The position numbers were made by a program, and so were the translations under genes. Shown piece by piece: positions 25,236-37,074 of a stretch of DNA of 64,000 nucleotides. Location: contig OX597815.1 of NCBI GenBank assembly GCA_951406725.2, positions 92,814,001 through 92,878,000 on the forward strand, read 5' to 3'. The DNA is from Octopus vulgaris. Taxonomy: Eukaryota. The notes under the pieces are model-generated. The model was not told the DNA's origin, did not search any database, and was given only the letters and a program-made list of their open reading frames with translations. Position 1 is the stretch's first letter; the number at the start of each line of letters is the position of its first letter.

Positions 25236-25759
25236 AATATTGAATTTCTAAATGTCTCAACGAGACATGTGCGGTGGTGGAGCGATAGAGTGGTTGTATA
25301 AAGTCAACATAACGTGACAGTCCTGTAGAGGGAATTATACCACTGCTATATAGCCCTATGAAGCATCGACGCTTCCTGTCGGCTTTGACACATTTCCCGT
25401 GTCCTTATATTACGGTGACCAGTGAATAAATTTCACTGTAAATTGACATATTCGCAAAGGCTTGGTAAGCATCACCGCTAGCGGGGACATGCTACCCTGA
25501 ACTGATGATGGGCAATACCCAGAAAGATGCATGTATTCAGGTTGCTAGTCCTAGCTGGTAGGGGTGCTTGCCTCCCCTTTGCGAATATAAGGACACAGGA
25601 AATGTGTCAAAGCCGACAGGAAGTGTCGATGCTTCCTTGGGCTATATAGCGGTGGTGTAATTCCCTCTATGGGACTGTCACGTTATGTTGACTGTATAGA
25701 ACCACTCTATCGCTCCACCACCACTCATGTCTCATTGAGACATTTAGAAATTCAATATT
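25236..25759 (+). mobile_element. 524-bp rod-like foldback element with apical hammerhead (copy 1)
   Basis: About 175-bp arms with roughly a dozen mismatches, further inner pairing up to the central hammerhead; followed by a short (TA)n. Confidence 0.85.
25496..25541 (+). ncRNA. Type I hammerhead ribozyme motif (copy 1)
   Basis: CCTGAA CTGATGA TGGG caata CCCA GAAA GATGCATG TA TTCAGG; stems I and II perfect, near-palindromic stem III, GTA triplet ending at 25535. Confidence 0.82.
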
Positions 25760-25770
25760 TCTAATATATA

Positions 25771-27447
25771 TATATGTGATGCATCTTGTCTACCACCACT
25801 AAGTGAAGTCTGTTATGCTCTAGCACCTGATCTGTTAGAATTCAGAAAACAGATGATTTTGCTTATCTTTAACCCTGCTGCTTACTGCAGTCTGTTCTCA
25901 TACCACATCTTGTCTCTCTCTAGCCCTCACTTTTCGTCCAGTTTCCAATGTAGCACTGTCGCTACCTGGTCATGTCGCCACTATTAGTGATTTTGGGTAA
26001 GTGTAGGGCATTCATTTGTGATATGGGCAATGGTTTCATCCACTCTATTGCAGATGTGACATGGCGGAGATACTTGCTCATTCCTCAGGTTGACTTTCCA
26101 GTTCATGGCCAAAGCATGGTTCTGTGCTGCTAGCATAGTGCTCTTGGTCTCTTTGTATAAGGTTCTTTTCATCAACCAATCCCACCTATTTTTCCCAGCA
26201 ACTTCTGTTGTGGTTATATGGAATTGATTGTGTAGTCCCTTCTTGTATATTTCTTCTTCATGTCCTTTTTGTACTTCTTCCTTTGTTTACCCTTTTTTTT
26301 CCTGTTCTCAATACTCTCTTGTTCCTAACTGTCTGTAGCAAGGTTTCCTTACTTTGGGCTAGGTATCTCATCAAACTCTCGAATTCGATATGCATGCAGT
26401 CATCTACACTTATCAGTCCCATACCTCCATTTGCTCTCTTCATGTATAGGCAATCAGTGTCTGCACGTGGATAATGGGCTCCATACATCTTTAGGAGCTT
26501 TCTTGACTTCCTGCCCATCTCCTTTAGCTCCTCCTCTGTCCACTTCAGGATTCCAGCACCATAATGAACTACTGCAACTGCACATGAGTTTATTGCCAAA
26601 ATTATGTTTCTGGCATTCAGCCTTGAGGTCAGTATTTTTCTCACTCACCGCAGGTACTCTCATTTTGTCTTTTACTTCATGTCATGGTGTTTGATTCCAT
26701 CTGTCTCAAGTATTTCTAAGTATTTATAGCTGGATTGAGGTTGAATTACTTTCATCATTTCACCACATGGTAGCCATATACCCTCTGTTCTGGCAAGCTT
26801 TCCTCGTCTCATCACTATCGTAGCACATTTTGAGAGTCCAAACTCCATCTTAATATCATTGGAGAAAATCCACACAGACTGGACTAGGCTGTTCAGTTCT
26901 GTCTTGGTTTTTGTGAATAGCTTCAGGTCATCCATGAATAGCAAGTGGTTTAGTTTTCCTTTACCTCTTCCTAGGTCATACCCCAACTTTGTTTTCTGTA
27001 GTATTTCACTCAAGGAGATTATTCCCAGCATGAATATCTGTGGGAATACACTGTCCCCCTGGAAGATTCCTCTCTTGATTTTCACCTCTTCTAGTATTTG
27101 TTTCCCTGCTGTCAATTCTATTGTCCAGCATTTCATGCTATTCCATATAAGGCTTCTCACATTCTCTGCTACTCCATACATTTCCATTGTTCTTATTATT
27201 CTGGAGTGTGGTATCATATTGTATGATTTGCAATAATCATCCCATGCCATGCTCAGGTTTGTATGTCTTCTCTTGCAGTTCCTGATAATTAGATTATCAT
27301 TCCCCAGCTCCTTTTTCGGCACCCTTTCTGTTCAGTGGGTAGCAGCCTGCATTTTCCCAAGTATCTGTACAGTTCACTGACCAAAGCACCTGATATTAGT
27401 TTCTACATTAATGGAAGGCATGTTATTGGTCTAAAGTTGGATGCAGC
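25771..27447 (-). mobile_element. Duplicated portion of the R4/Dong-like element
   Basis: Same as 22884-24560 shifted by 2887; lacks the element's 3' end. Confidence 0.88.
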
Positions 27448-28122
27448 ATGAGCTGGCAAAATCCTTAGCATGCTGGACAAAATGCTTAACTGTATTTTCT
27501 CTGTCTTTACATTCTGAGTTCAAATTACACTGAGATTAACTTTGCCTTTCATCCTTTCAGTGTCAATAGAACAAGTACCAGTTGAGCTTTGGGGCTGATG
27601 TAATCACATAATCTCCACCCTCAAATTCCAGGCTTTGTGCCTATAGTATAAAGGATTATTATTATTATCATTAGATTTGTAGTTATAATTCTGTGTTCTG
27701 AGTTCAAATCTCCTTTCACCCAGTACTAGGATTGATGGTATCGATTAACCCCATACCCTCAAAATTATTGATCTTATTCCCAAATTAAAACAACCATTAT
27801 TAGTACTGGTGAGAATGTGACAAGCTGATAAAATCATTAATGCCCTGGATAAAATACTTAGCTGTATTTTGTCTGTCTTTACACCCTGAGTTCAAATTCT
27901 GCTAAAGTCAACTTTGCCTTTCATCCTCTCCAGGTCGATAAAATAAGTTCCAATCAAGTAGTGAGGTCAATGTTATTGACTAGCCTACCCACCCAAATTT
28001 CAGATTTTGTGCCTATAGTAAAAAGGATTGCTATTATCGGGGAGCTTTAGCTACTATGTCTAGCAAGGCAAATGACTATAGCAGCTGCCTCATTGATTCA
28101 AATGTTTTGGAGTCAGTGATTC

Positions 28123-28646
28123 AATATTGAATTTCTAAATGTCTCAACGAGACATGTGCGGTGGTGGAGCGATAGAGTGGTTGTATAAAGTCAACATAAC
28201 GTGACAGTCCTGTAGAGGGAATTATACCACTGCTATATAGCCCTATGAAGCATCGACGCTTCCTGTCGGCTTTGACACATTTCCCGTGTCCTTATATTAC
28301 GGTGACCAGTGAATAAATTTCACTGTAAATTGACATATTCGCAAAGGCTTGGTAAGCATCACCGCTAGCGGGGACATGCTACCCTGAACTGATGATGGGC
28401 AATACCCAGAAAGATGCATGTATTCAGGTTGCTAGTCCTAGCTGGTAGGGGTGCTTGCCTCCCCTTTGCGAATATAAGGACACAGGAAATGTGTCAAAGC
28501 CGACAGGAAGTGTCGATGCTTCCTTGGGCTATATAGCGGTGGTGTAATTCCCTCTATGGGACTGTCACGTTATGTTGACTGTATAGAACCACTCTATCGC
28601 TCCACCACCACTCATGTCTCATTGAGACATTTAGAAATTCAATATT
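28123..28646 (+). mobile_element. 524-bp foldback element with apical hammerhead (copy 2)
   Basis: Copy of 25236-25759, followed by a longer (TA)n. Confidence 0.85.
28383..28428 (+). ncRNA. Type I hammerhead ribozyme motif (copy 2)
   Basis: Same sequence as 25496-25541. Confidence 0.82.
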
Positions 28647-28902
28647 TCTAATATATATATATATATATATTCACACACACACACGCGTGCACGCATACAC
28701 ACACACACGCTCACACACACCATAGATCTACTGAAAGGCTAACCAAGGACTAAACAATAAGAACAAACACTGAAAACCCATTTACTGTCAAATTACAAAT
28801 ATTCAAGCTGAAATGCTATAATGGAGTTAGATTTCTAAAACAGAATTCTTCAATTTTCTAAAACAGATTTTTAAAACAGAATTCTTCAGATTTTAAAATG
28901 AT

Positions 28903-29089
28903 AGGCATAGGAGTGGCTGCGTGGTAAGTAGCTTGCTTACGAACCACATTGTTCCAGGTCCAGTCCCACTGTGTGGCACCTTGGGCAAGTGTCTTCTACT
29001 ATTGCCTTGGGCCGACCAAAGCCTTGTGAGTGGATTTGGTAGACGGAAACTGAAAGAAGCCCATCGTATATATGTATATATATGTGTGT

Positions 29090-29128
<39 letters not shown>

Positions 29129-29343
29129 TTTGTGTGTCTGTGTTTGGCCCCCCAACATCGCTTGACAATCTATGTTGGTGTGATTATGTCCTCCGTAACT
29201 TAGCGGTTCGGCAAAAGAGACTGATAGAATAAGTACTAGGCTTACAAAGAATAAGTCCTGGGGTTGATTTGCTCGACTAAAAAAGGTGGTGCTCCAGCAT
29301 GGCTGCAGTCAAATGACCGAAACAAGTAAAAGGATAAAAGAGA
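28903..29343 (+). mobile_element. Full-length SINE family B (tRNA head, CORE-like domain, internal TA/TG microsatellite, unique tail)
   Basis: Head gtggctgcgtggtaagtagc, gcaccttgggcaagt CORE-like box, tail ending gaaacaagtaaaag. Confidence 0.9.
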
Positions 29344-29479
29344 AAAATTTTAAATTTTCAAGAATCGTTCAGAATTCTTCAATTCTGCTACCTAACAAAA
29401 TAGAATAGAATAAAAATATTGAATCAAAATGTCATTTTTGCAGCTTACTCCCTCCTCCTTCCCCCATCCTTATGGACAA

Positions 29480-30000
29480 TTCAAGTACATTCAGCTGTAG
29501 TAATTGGAAGTATGGAGATGGAAGAAAAGTAAATAGGAATTTCGCTGTCTGTTAGCGATAATGAGCTGTCATTAACTGACAGTAGAATAATTAATGAATG
29601 GAAAATGTCTTGAAATTGGAATAGACATCAAGTTTGGTAGCTTCTACAGTAACATAGTAAACAGGTGATGGGTATGGTGTGATGTAGATGGAAAAAATTG
29701 ATGATTCATTCCTTTTTTGTTGGTTACTCACCAGCTAGCTGGAGATGTATGTGAGTGTGGGGAAATATCTGAGCTTAGTGGGGGTCGTTGTAGGGGATGT
29801 AAGGGATATAAGGCTGGTTTGGTGGGGCAGGATTTTAAAATGATAATTAAAGCTTCCACACTATGGGTATTAAGGTGGAAGGTAGCACAGTTTAAAAATT
29901 TCGTTTGTATGTGATACATTCAAAACAAGTCATCCTGGCCTAGTATATAAATAAGTTGGTAGATAAGGAGATAGGCTGGTAGGCAGAAAAATAGACATAC
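29480..30000 (-). mobile_element. Very decayed Penelope-like 3' fragment
   Basis: Minus strand has a weak GIY-YIG-like stretch near 29930-29995 and the C/T-rich composition seen in the 7240 element. Confidence 0.35.
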
Positions 30001-32094
30001 TTAAGGGGATGGGGTTGACATACTATATATAGTAAAATACCTTAATTTTTTTTTTATCATTTAGGATTACCCTACAGTAAAGAAAAGAAAAATGAAAAGG
30101 AAAATAGCGTTAATGATAATTCTTGTTAAAAGCCAGGAAAATAACTCTGGAATTGACATCAATTTAAAACTTGAACAGGAGTATGCAATGTTGAGGGTGT
30201 CTCATCTTTGTAAGTATAGTGATAATTCTGAATATGTTTCAGTATTATTAGACCTTCTTAGCAAAGCATAGCTTTATAGGTACTTACCACACCTTATAAT
30301 GACTGAGAATATGCAGAAATTTAGTGAAAAAGCAGTTACCTTTTACCATTGGGCAATTTAGAAAAAGGACAAGGGGAAATTTCGCCATGGGTGTCTTCTG
30401 CATAAATTACCTGTTCAAAGTTGAGCAGAGTCATAACAATTGTAATGTCAAACAAAAACCTAAATGAAGTAAGTCATTACACTCTTGTGCATACCCTCAT
30501 GTTATCATAAATAACTAGAAGTAAAAAGATGATGATGATTACAATGGAGAATTGTACCTCTTCATAGTACATATTTAGTTTGGTGGATAAAAGCAAAAAT
30601 AAACTGTACATATACATAAAACTTTTTTAAGGTTATGTAGTGGGTATCAATAAAAGTAAATTGCATCTCCTCATAGTATCCATTTAGATGTATGTGGAGT
30701 AATTTAAAAAATAACTGCAAATTTGCTTGGAACTATTCACAACTAAGTTGAGTAGATCCAACATTAAATGTACCTCCTGATGGATCTTTTTACTACTAGT
30801 GTAGTAGAGACCATGGGCAGTGTAGTAAAAACAGTGGGTCCCATGCCAGCATGGAAAATAGACATTAGATGTTGATGATGATGATTAATGATGGAGGAGG
30901 TAGTGTGGCTAAAAACAATGGCTAGGCTTGTAGAGACAGCAGACAATGTATTAATTTAATATTTCCTAAAATAATTTTCTAAAAAACAAATTTTTTTAAT
31001 GCTCTCATATTACTATGGTGACTAATCCTTTCTATAGCATGTTTTCTCTATAGAATCAGAAAACTGTTGAAGGCAATATTTAGTTGAAAATAGTTGCGTG
31101 TCTCAAGAGGTTTGGCACTGAATTTGTTTCCAGTAATTGTCAATATTAAAAGATTTTTTTTTTATAGATTTGGTTTTGTCTTCTTTTCTTAAAATGATTT
31201 TTATTTCTGAAAGAACGAACATTGTATGCAATGGCTATAATAGCAGTGGAATAGGAGCTGATGGCAAAATTTTCAATGTTGGTTGTTTAAAGGAGATACA
31301 TACAAATCATATGAGATTGAAATATAATGCTAAGATATAAAAGGAATAAAAAAATTTCTTGCAAATTGGACATTGGAGCTAAGTCGTTTGAAAGACGAGC
31401 TTTTCATTTACTTCTGATGTATGAAATTGAATATTTCAGAACTAAGCGGTAAAGCTCTGTTGGCAAGTCTCTTCCTTTTTGAAGAAAAGATCAGAACAAT
31501 TCACAATCCTGATGGAACTAAAAATACATTATGTTCAATGGATTGAGATATAAAAAAACATCTATAAATCACCACTTCTACATTTAATTAGCTAAATAAC
31601 ATCAAATCATATATTTTCCTTTTCTTTCTTTTAAGCATTATTTAACCCAGTAAAATGAATTCCTTAAGCATATCACTATGAGCAATAGTGGGCAGAATCA
31701 GTAAAATAACAGAAAATATTTTGAGGTATTAGATTAGAGAACTTTATATTCTGAGTTCAAATCTGACCAAAGTTAACTTTAATCTTTCATATTTCAGGGT
31801 GGTTAAAGTAATGTACCAGTTAAGAATTGGGGTTGTTGTAATTGTCTGTTCTCTCTTTCAAAATTGTTGACCTTGTTACTGAACTCCCTTTTCTCTTTGC
31901 CTGTTCTGGAACTTTCTCCTTGCAGGTATCAATTTGTAACACTTTAAGTGAAACAGTAATAACATCAATCTTATTGACCTTAAAGGGTTTGAGTACCACT
32001 CCTTCCTCCAGATCCAACAAAACAAAAAAATGGTCAAAAATTAACATTTTAGTACAACAAATAGAGACAGTGTTCATGGTTTTTAAATAACCTT

Positions 32095-32670
32095 TAATGA
32101 CATTTGCAGGTTGTCCTAAACTGATGAGATTGATGCTGTGAATTTTCAGTTTGAATATTCATTGGTTGATGTCCGAGAGGAAATATGAGCCAGATGGGTT
32201 TTCTTGTGTATTGTAGGTCTGGAAAGGAAGGATTGGAATAACATTTTGTGTGAAGTTTACACAATAATGATGTGATGAGGTAAGAAGGAATAGGTAAGAA
32301 GGAATGTTGGAGGAATAGGATAGTATCTTGTGTGATGATAGTGATGCATTGTTTGCAAACTGAGAAGGACAAGAGCAAGACTTCTTCAGTAGTTACAGTG
32401 CAGTGTAAATTGAAGATTTGTCTCTTAATCTGGATATTGGTTTTCAATACAATCTAGAAAGTTTGTGTGCACAGTAGCTACACCAACCTAAATAGAAGAC
32501 CAGTACTCTATAGAGGAGTGCATTTGCATTTTGTCCTAGATAGAAGACCTAAGGAGGAGATCTTTAAGGTGCAATTTTGGCAATGCTATAGAAGTGTAGT
32601 TATCATGAACAATCAGTTGTGAAGTCAAGTATCTGTAAAGTTTGTAAAGGTACTAGTTGGGAGATTTTCA
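32095..32670 (-). mobile_element. Decayed Penelope-like RT C-terminal fragment
   Basis: Minus strand YLDF..., STGLLFRL, YSNPS...TRKP and TTCKCH linker-like residues; abuts a (GA)n tract. Confidence 0.4.
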
Positions 32671-32714
32671 TGATGAGAGAGAGAAGAGAGAGAGATAGAG
32701 AGAGAGATAGAGAT

Positions 32715-32771
<57 letters not shown>

Positions 32772-32994
32772 CTGTAACTGTGCTTTGAGTATGTTTAAAG
32801 ATTCTAGGTTGTCAGGTTTCTATTGGAGGATATTTTTGAAGTCTCTTTATAGAAGCAGCGCAAATTTAGTTTAAGGTACCAAGAGTTTGTGTGGGTAACA
32901 GGGATATAAGGAGGATTAAAGAAGATTGAAGGAAGTGTCATCTGCACCAATATGTGTTTGGCTGAGTTTAATAGCAAGTAGACCACATTAAAAA

Positions 32995-33520
32995 TCATCA
33001 TCATCATCATTTAATGTCTGTTTTCCATGCTGGCATGTTTTGGACAGTTTGACTGGAGCTGGCAAGCCAGAGGGCTGCACCAGGTTCTACTCATCAGTTT
33101 TGGCAAGGTTTCTACAGCTGGATGCCCTTCCTAAAACCAACCACTTTACAGAGTGTACTGGATGCTTTTTACATTGCACAGATGTTTTTATACATGATGC
33201 TAACACAAGTGCTTTCTTATGTGGTGCTGGCATGGGTTCTTTTTTACATAGCATCAGCATAGGTGCATCTTTTACATGGCACCAACATGGGTGCTTTTTA
33301 CATGGCTCAGCAGCCATGGAGTCACCAGCAGAGATACTTGGCTACCCCTATAGGAGAAGGAAGCAGAGAGATGGGGTTATAGCCATAAAGGACATGCATG
33401 TATGTGTGGATGACCATGATTTTATTTAGCTTGACGTATCTTCTCAAGCACAGCAAATCACCTGATGTCTCAGTCCCTTGTCATCTTCTCTATGAGGGTT
33501 AACCTCTGAAGAATATTTCT
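32995..33520 (-). mobile_element. RTE-tail element with short internal repeats
   Basis: (CAT)n, ttccatgctggcatg, ggatgcccttcct, repeated gctttttacatggcacc units. Confidence 0.7.
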
Positions 33521-33606
33521 CATCGCATAATAACAATAATAATGGTTTCAAATTTTGACACAAGGCCAATGTTTAAAATATTAACAACAACAACAACAAC
33601 AATTAT

Positions 33607-33942
33607 AACAAGAGCACTCAGAGAGTGCAGACCTTTGTCAAGGCAACACCAGTGTTCTCTCAACGATTAACCAGAGATGATTTTTAAAATGAGAATATTT
33701 GAAATAAACTCAACTGCTCTCACAAACGAGAATACTACAAATGAACCTGGAAAAATAATCCGTAATCCTTATCTGGTACTGGATCAATCCCCAAATCTAA
33801 TCAGTTTGTTCCAATCACGAGGCCAAACATCCATGAAAGTTTTATCTGAATCCATCCAATGGTTCTTGAGATATCTTGTCCACGGACAAACAAACAAGCA
33901 CGACTGAAAACAATACCTCCGCCTTCACTAAGGCAGATGTAA
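33607..33942 (+). mobile_element. Non-autonomous Helentron/DINE-1-like element
   Basis: AACAAGAG start, subterminal acctttgtcaaggc related to the 3' hairpin acctccgcc-ttcactaa-ggcagatgt, short acaa repeats before the hairpin. Confidence 0.55.
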
Positions 33943-34044
33943 GAATAATAATAATATTTGACACAAGACCAGCAATGTCGGGGGAGAGGGTAAATTAATT
34001 ACATTGATCTCAATGTTTATAACATCAACAACAATAATGAAACA

Positions 34045-34790
34045 CTAAAAAAAGTGACCGAGAGCACTATACTGGCAGCGCAGGACCAAGCTTTGGACAC
34101 AAACTGGAAGGCCAACCTTAGGAATGAGCAAGTGTCTCCACTGTGCCGCATCTACAATAGTGTGGATAAAATCGTTGCTCATATCACGAACATATGCCCT
34201 AGACTTTCCCAAAACCACTACAAGTTGTAGCGACACAATCAGGTAGCAAAAGTGCTACACTGGAAATTGTGCAAAAAGTGGGGGCTAGTGAGAGGCAAGA
34301 CGTGGTATGAGCACAGACTGCAAAGAGTGGCGGAGTGGGAGACTAGCAAAATCTTCTGGGTTCAACCAATCCAAACAGACCGGACCTAGTGGTCATGGAC
34401 AAGATGCCCCATATATGCTATATGGTTGATTTTGACCCATGATTCATGAATAGTCAAGAAGACGAAAAGATAGATAGATAGATACAACCCTATTAAGTAC
34501 GAAATAACCTGGCTATGGAAAATGAAGAAGGTGAAGACAGTGCCAATTATTGTTGGGTCCTTGGGAACAGTATCAGAAGACATCAAGAGGAATATAAAGG
34601 AAATTGGAATAGAGTGCCCAGTAGAACTATTACAAAAGGTTTGCCTCCTTGGCATGACCAGAATAATCATGAAAGTATTAGATAGTTGAAAAGAATGGAT
34701 TGCATGGTACCATAGGCTGCAGGTAGCAAGCCTGCTAAGCATGCAAAACTCCAGGAACTCCAACAAAACCTGTGATAAAGAGAAAATAAT
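34045..34790 (+). mobile_element. R4/Dong-like element 3' fragment
   Basis: ALYWQRRTKL region homologous to 23100-23260, RPDLVVMD endonuclease motif, VPIIVGSLG, 3' end followed by (AAT)n(AAC)n(GAT)n. Confidence 0.85.
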
Positions 34791-34821
34791 AATAATAACA
34801 ACAACAACAACAACAATAATA

Positions 34822-34868
<47 letters not shown>

Positions 34869-35080
34869 GGCACGAGGCCAGCAAGTTAAGGGAGAGGGCT
34901 AGTCGATTAGATTCACGCCAATGTTTATGTGTGTGTGTGTGTTCACCACTGCTTGATGACTGGTGTTAGTGTGTGGCTCATTGTAGCTCAGAATGAGGCT
35001 ACTGTATCAAAGTGAAGCTAGTGTATCAAAGTGAGGCTAGACACCTCGTCGATATAGTGCTGCAGTGAGTTTCAGCTGGT

Positions 35081-35710
35081 TTAAGTTGCTGAGAGAAAAA
35101 GGCAAGAGGCTGGAGTTGTTGCTAGTGAAATTGTTGTAACACCACGCCTATGGCGGTGTTGGATGCATCCACTACAAAGAAATAGCTGAGCGTCCACAAC
35201 AGGGTGGGCAAGAAGTGATGCATCACTGGGTGAATGTGACCTGGAAGTGTGAAGGAGCTGCACTTCTCTCGTTAATTTAGCTATTGCCTTTAGGATAGCA
35301 GCTGAGGCAAGGTCCTTATCAGTGGAAACTGATGCTACTGGTGGGTGTGCAGAGGTATCCAGCAGTGCTGAGGTCAGCTTGGTGGTGTTACCAGTATACT
35401 TTATGATTCTGTAGGTGGTGGAGGCTATTAGCTTGATGGGAGTCTTCTCCATCATAGAGGCTAGGATGGCTTAGACATTAGAGGGCAACCGTGAAAAAAA
35501 TAGTTGTTTCAATAAAGCACTATCAACAGGTGCATCTTGGGCCAATTCCTTCATGCAGTGCAGAAGTTTCAAGGGTTTACTGTTGCCCAAGTGCCTATTA
35601 TTGATGGGGGTTTGAAATTTTCTTCCTTCCATCAAGGATGTGCATCGAAGGATGTGCTTAATGCTCCTATGTGTGGCATCATGCCGGGGTTCAGTTATCA
35701 GGTCGCTCAT
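35081..35710 (-). mobile_element. Gypsy-type gag relic
   Basis: LGNSKPLKLLHCMKELA...LLKQLFFSRLPSNV resembles the LGDRKPSQLLRRM...LFLQRLP gag motif. Confidence 0.75.
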
Positions 35711-35714
35711 GGTG

Positions 35715-35881
35715 GCTGTCTATTTTTTATTTCCTCTCTCCATCTGTTGTTTCTCCTATTCCTTTCTGTAGAAGAGCATAAACTTAAAATGTCAAAGAGT
35801 CTTCCATTTTTCCTGAGCATCAAATTCATACTTGTTTGTTGTTCGCTCATCTGTCTCTGTCTTTTGGTTTTTGTACAATTA

Positions 35882-35885
<4 letters not shown>
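35715..35885 (+). mobile_element. Penelope pseudo-LTR fragment
   Basis: Homologous to 9615-9770; decayed hammerhead CTTT CTGTAGA AGAGC...TC AAAG at 35762-35797; ends in (TG)(TA)n. Confidence 0.65.
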
Positions 35886-35924
<39 letters not shown>

Positions 35925-35928
<4 letters not shown>

Positions 35929-36140
35929 TCCAAACAAGAAAGCACAAAAACACACAACAACGCGAGGACGTGGAACAAATATAGTATTATTGCATGCTCA
36001 GGAAAGAAGGAAAGAAGGAGGGTTTGATGTTTCGAGCGGAGCTCTTCGTCGGAAACATAGGAGAAGGAAAGATCTAGAGAAGGGAAGACAGAGGGAAAAA
36101 AATCGCCAACGGTACACACGCGGTCACATTTTGATATTTT
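35925..36140 (-). mobile_element. Young Penelope-like pseudo-LTR between (TA)n tracts
   Basis: CpG-rich, homologous to 1000-1210, carries a minimal hammerhead motif. Confidence 0.7.
36022..36056 (-). ncRNA. Minimal hammerhead ribozyme motif (variant core)
   Basis: GTTT CCGACGA A GAGC tcc GCTC GAAA CA TC AAAC; stem I GTTT/AAAC, stem II GAGC/GCTC; U4 to C change. Confidence 0.55.
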
Positions 36141-36165
36141 GATATATATATATATATATATATAT

Positions 36166-36650
36166 ATCATCATCATCATCATCATTTTTTAATGTCCATT
36201 GACCATACTGGCATGGGTAGGATGGTTTGACCAGGGCTGGCAAGCTCAAAGGCTGTACCGGATTCTAGTCTGATTTAGCATGGTTTCTACAACTGGATGA
36301 TGCCCTTCCAAATGCTAACTACTCTGAGAGTGTAATGAGTGCTTTTTATGTGCCACCAGCACAGGTACCATTTTCATGACACTAGTATCTTCCACAACTA
36401 AGATTTCACTTGGTTTGATGGGTCTTCTCAAGCACAGCATAATGCCAATGTTCCTGGGCATTTGTCATTGCCTCTGTGAGGCCTAATATACTTGAAAGGT
36501 GCTTTTTATGTGCCACAGGCATTGGCTACCTTGCCTGCATGAGGCTCAACACTTGAAAGGTACTTTTTATGTGCTACCAGCACAGGTGCCAGTTACATGA
36601 CACTAACATCAGCCATGACTTCACTTAGCTTGATGGGTCTTCTCAAGTGA
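36166..36650 (-). mobile_element. RTE LINE 3' UTR
   Basis: (CAT)n tail; same UTR as 11935, 41540 and 63480. Confidence 0.8.
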
Positions 36651-36656
36651 TTTCAC

Positions 36657-37061
36657 TGGCTGTGTGGTAAGTAGCTTGCTAACCAACCACATGGTTCCGG
36701 GTTCAGTCCCACTGCATAGCATCTTGGGCAAGTGTCTTCTACTATAGCCTCGGGCCGACCAAAGCCTTGTGACTGGATTTGGTAGACGGAAACTGAAAGA
36801 AGCCCGTCGTATATATGTATATATATATATAAATGCGTGTGTGTGTTTGTGTGTCTGAGTTTGTCCCCCTAGCATTGCTTGACGACCGATGCTGGTGTGT
36901 TTATGTCCCCGTTACTTAGCGGTTCGGCAAAAGAGACCAATAGAATAAGTACTGGGCTTACAAAAGAATAAGTCCCGGGGTCAAGTTGCTCGATTAAAGG
37001 CGGTGCTCCAGCATGGCCGCAGTCAAATGACTGAAACAAGTAAAAGAGTAAAGAGTAAGAG
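36657..37061 (+). mobile_element. Near full-length young SINE family B
   Basis: Head, CORE-like box, microsatellite and tail with CpGs retained; (aaagagt)n end. Confidence 0.9.
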
Positions 37062-37074
37062 TATATATATACAC

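Larger units (their letters stand above)
22884..28657 (+). repeat. Tandem duplication, two 2887-bp units (22884-25770, 25771-28657)
   Basis: Identical ORF translations offset by exactly 2887; spot checks identical; junction in TATAT microhomology. Confidence 0.95.

Noticed and set aside
30480-30725. Possible approximately 107-bp degenerate tandem duplication
   Set aside because: Similarity is short and AT-rich; not supportable by eye
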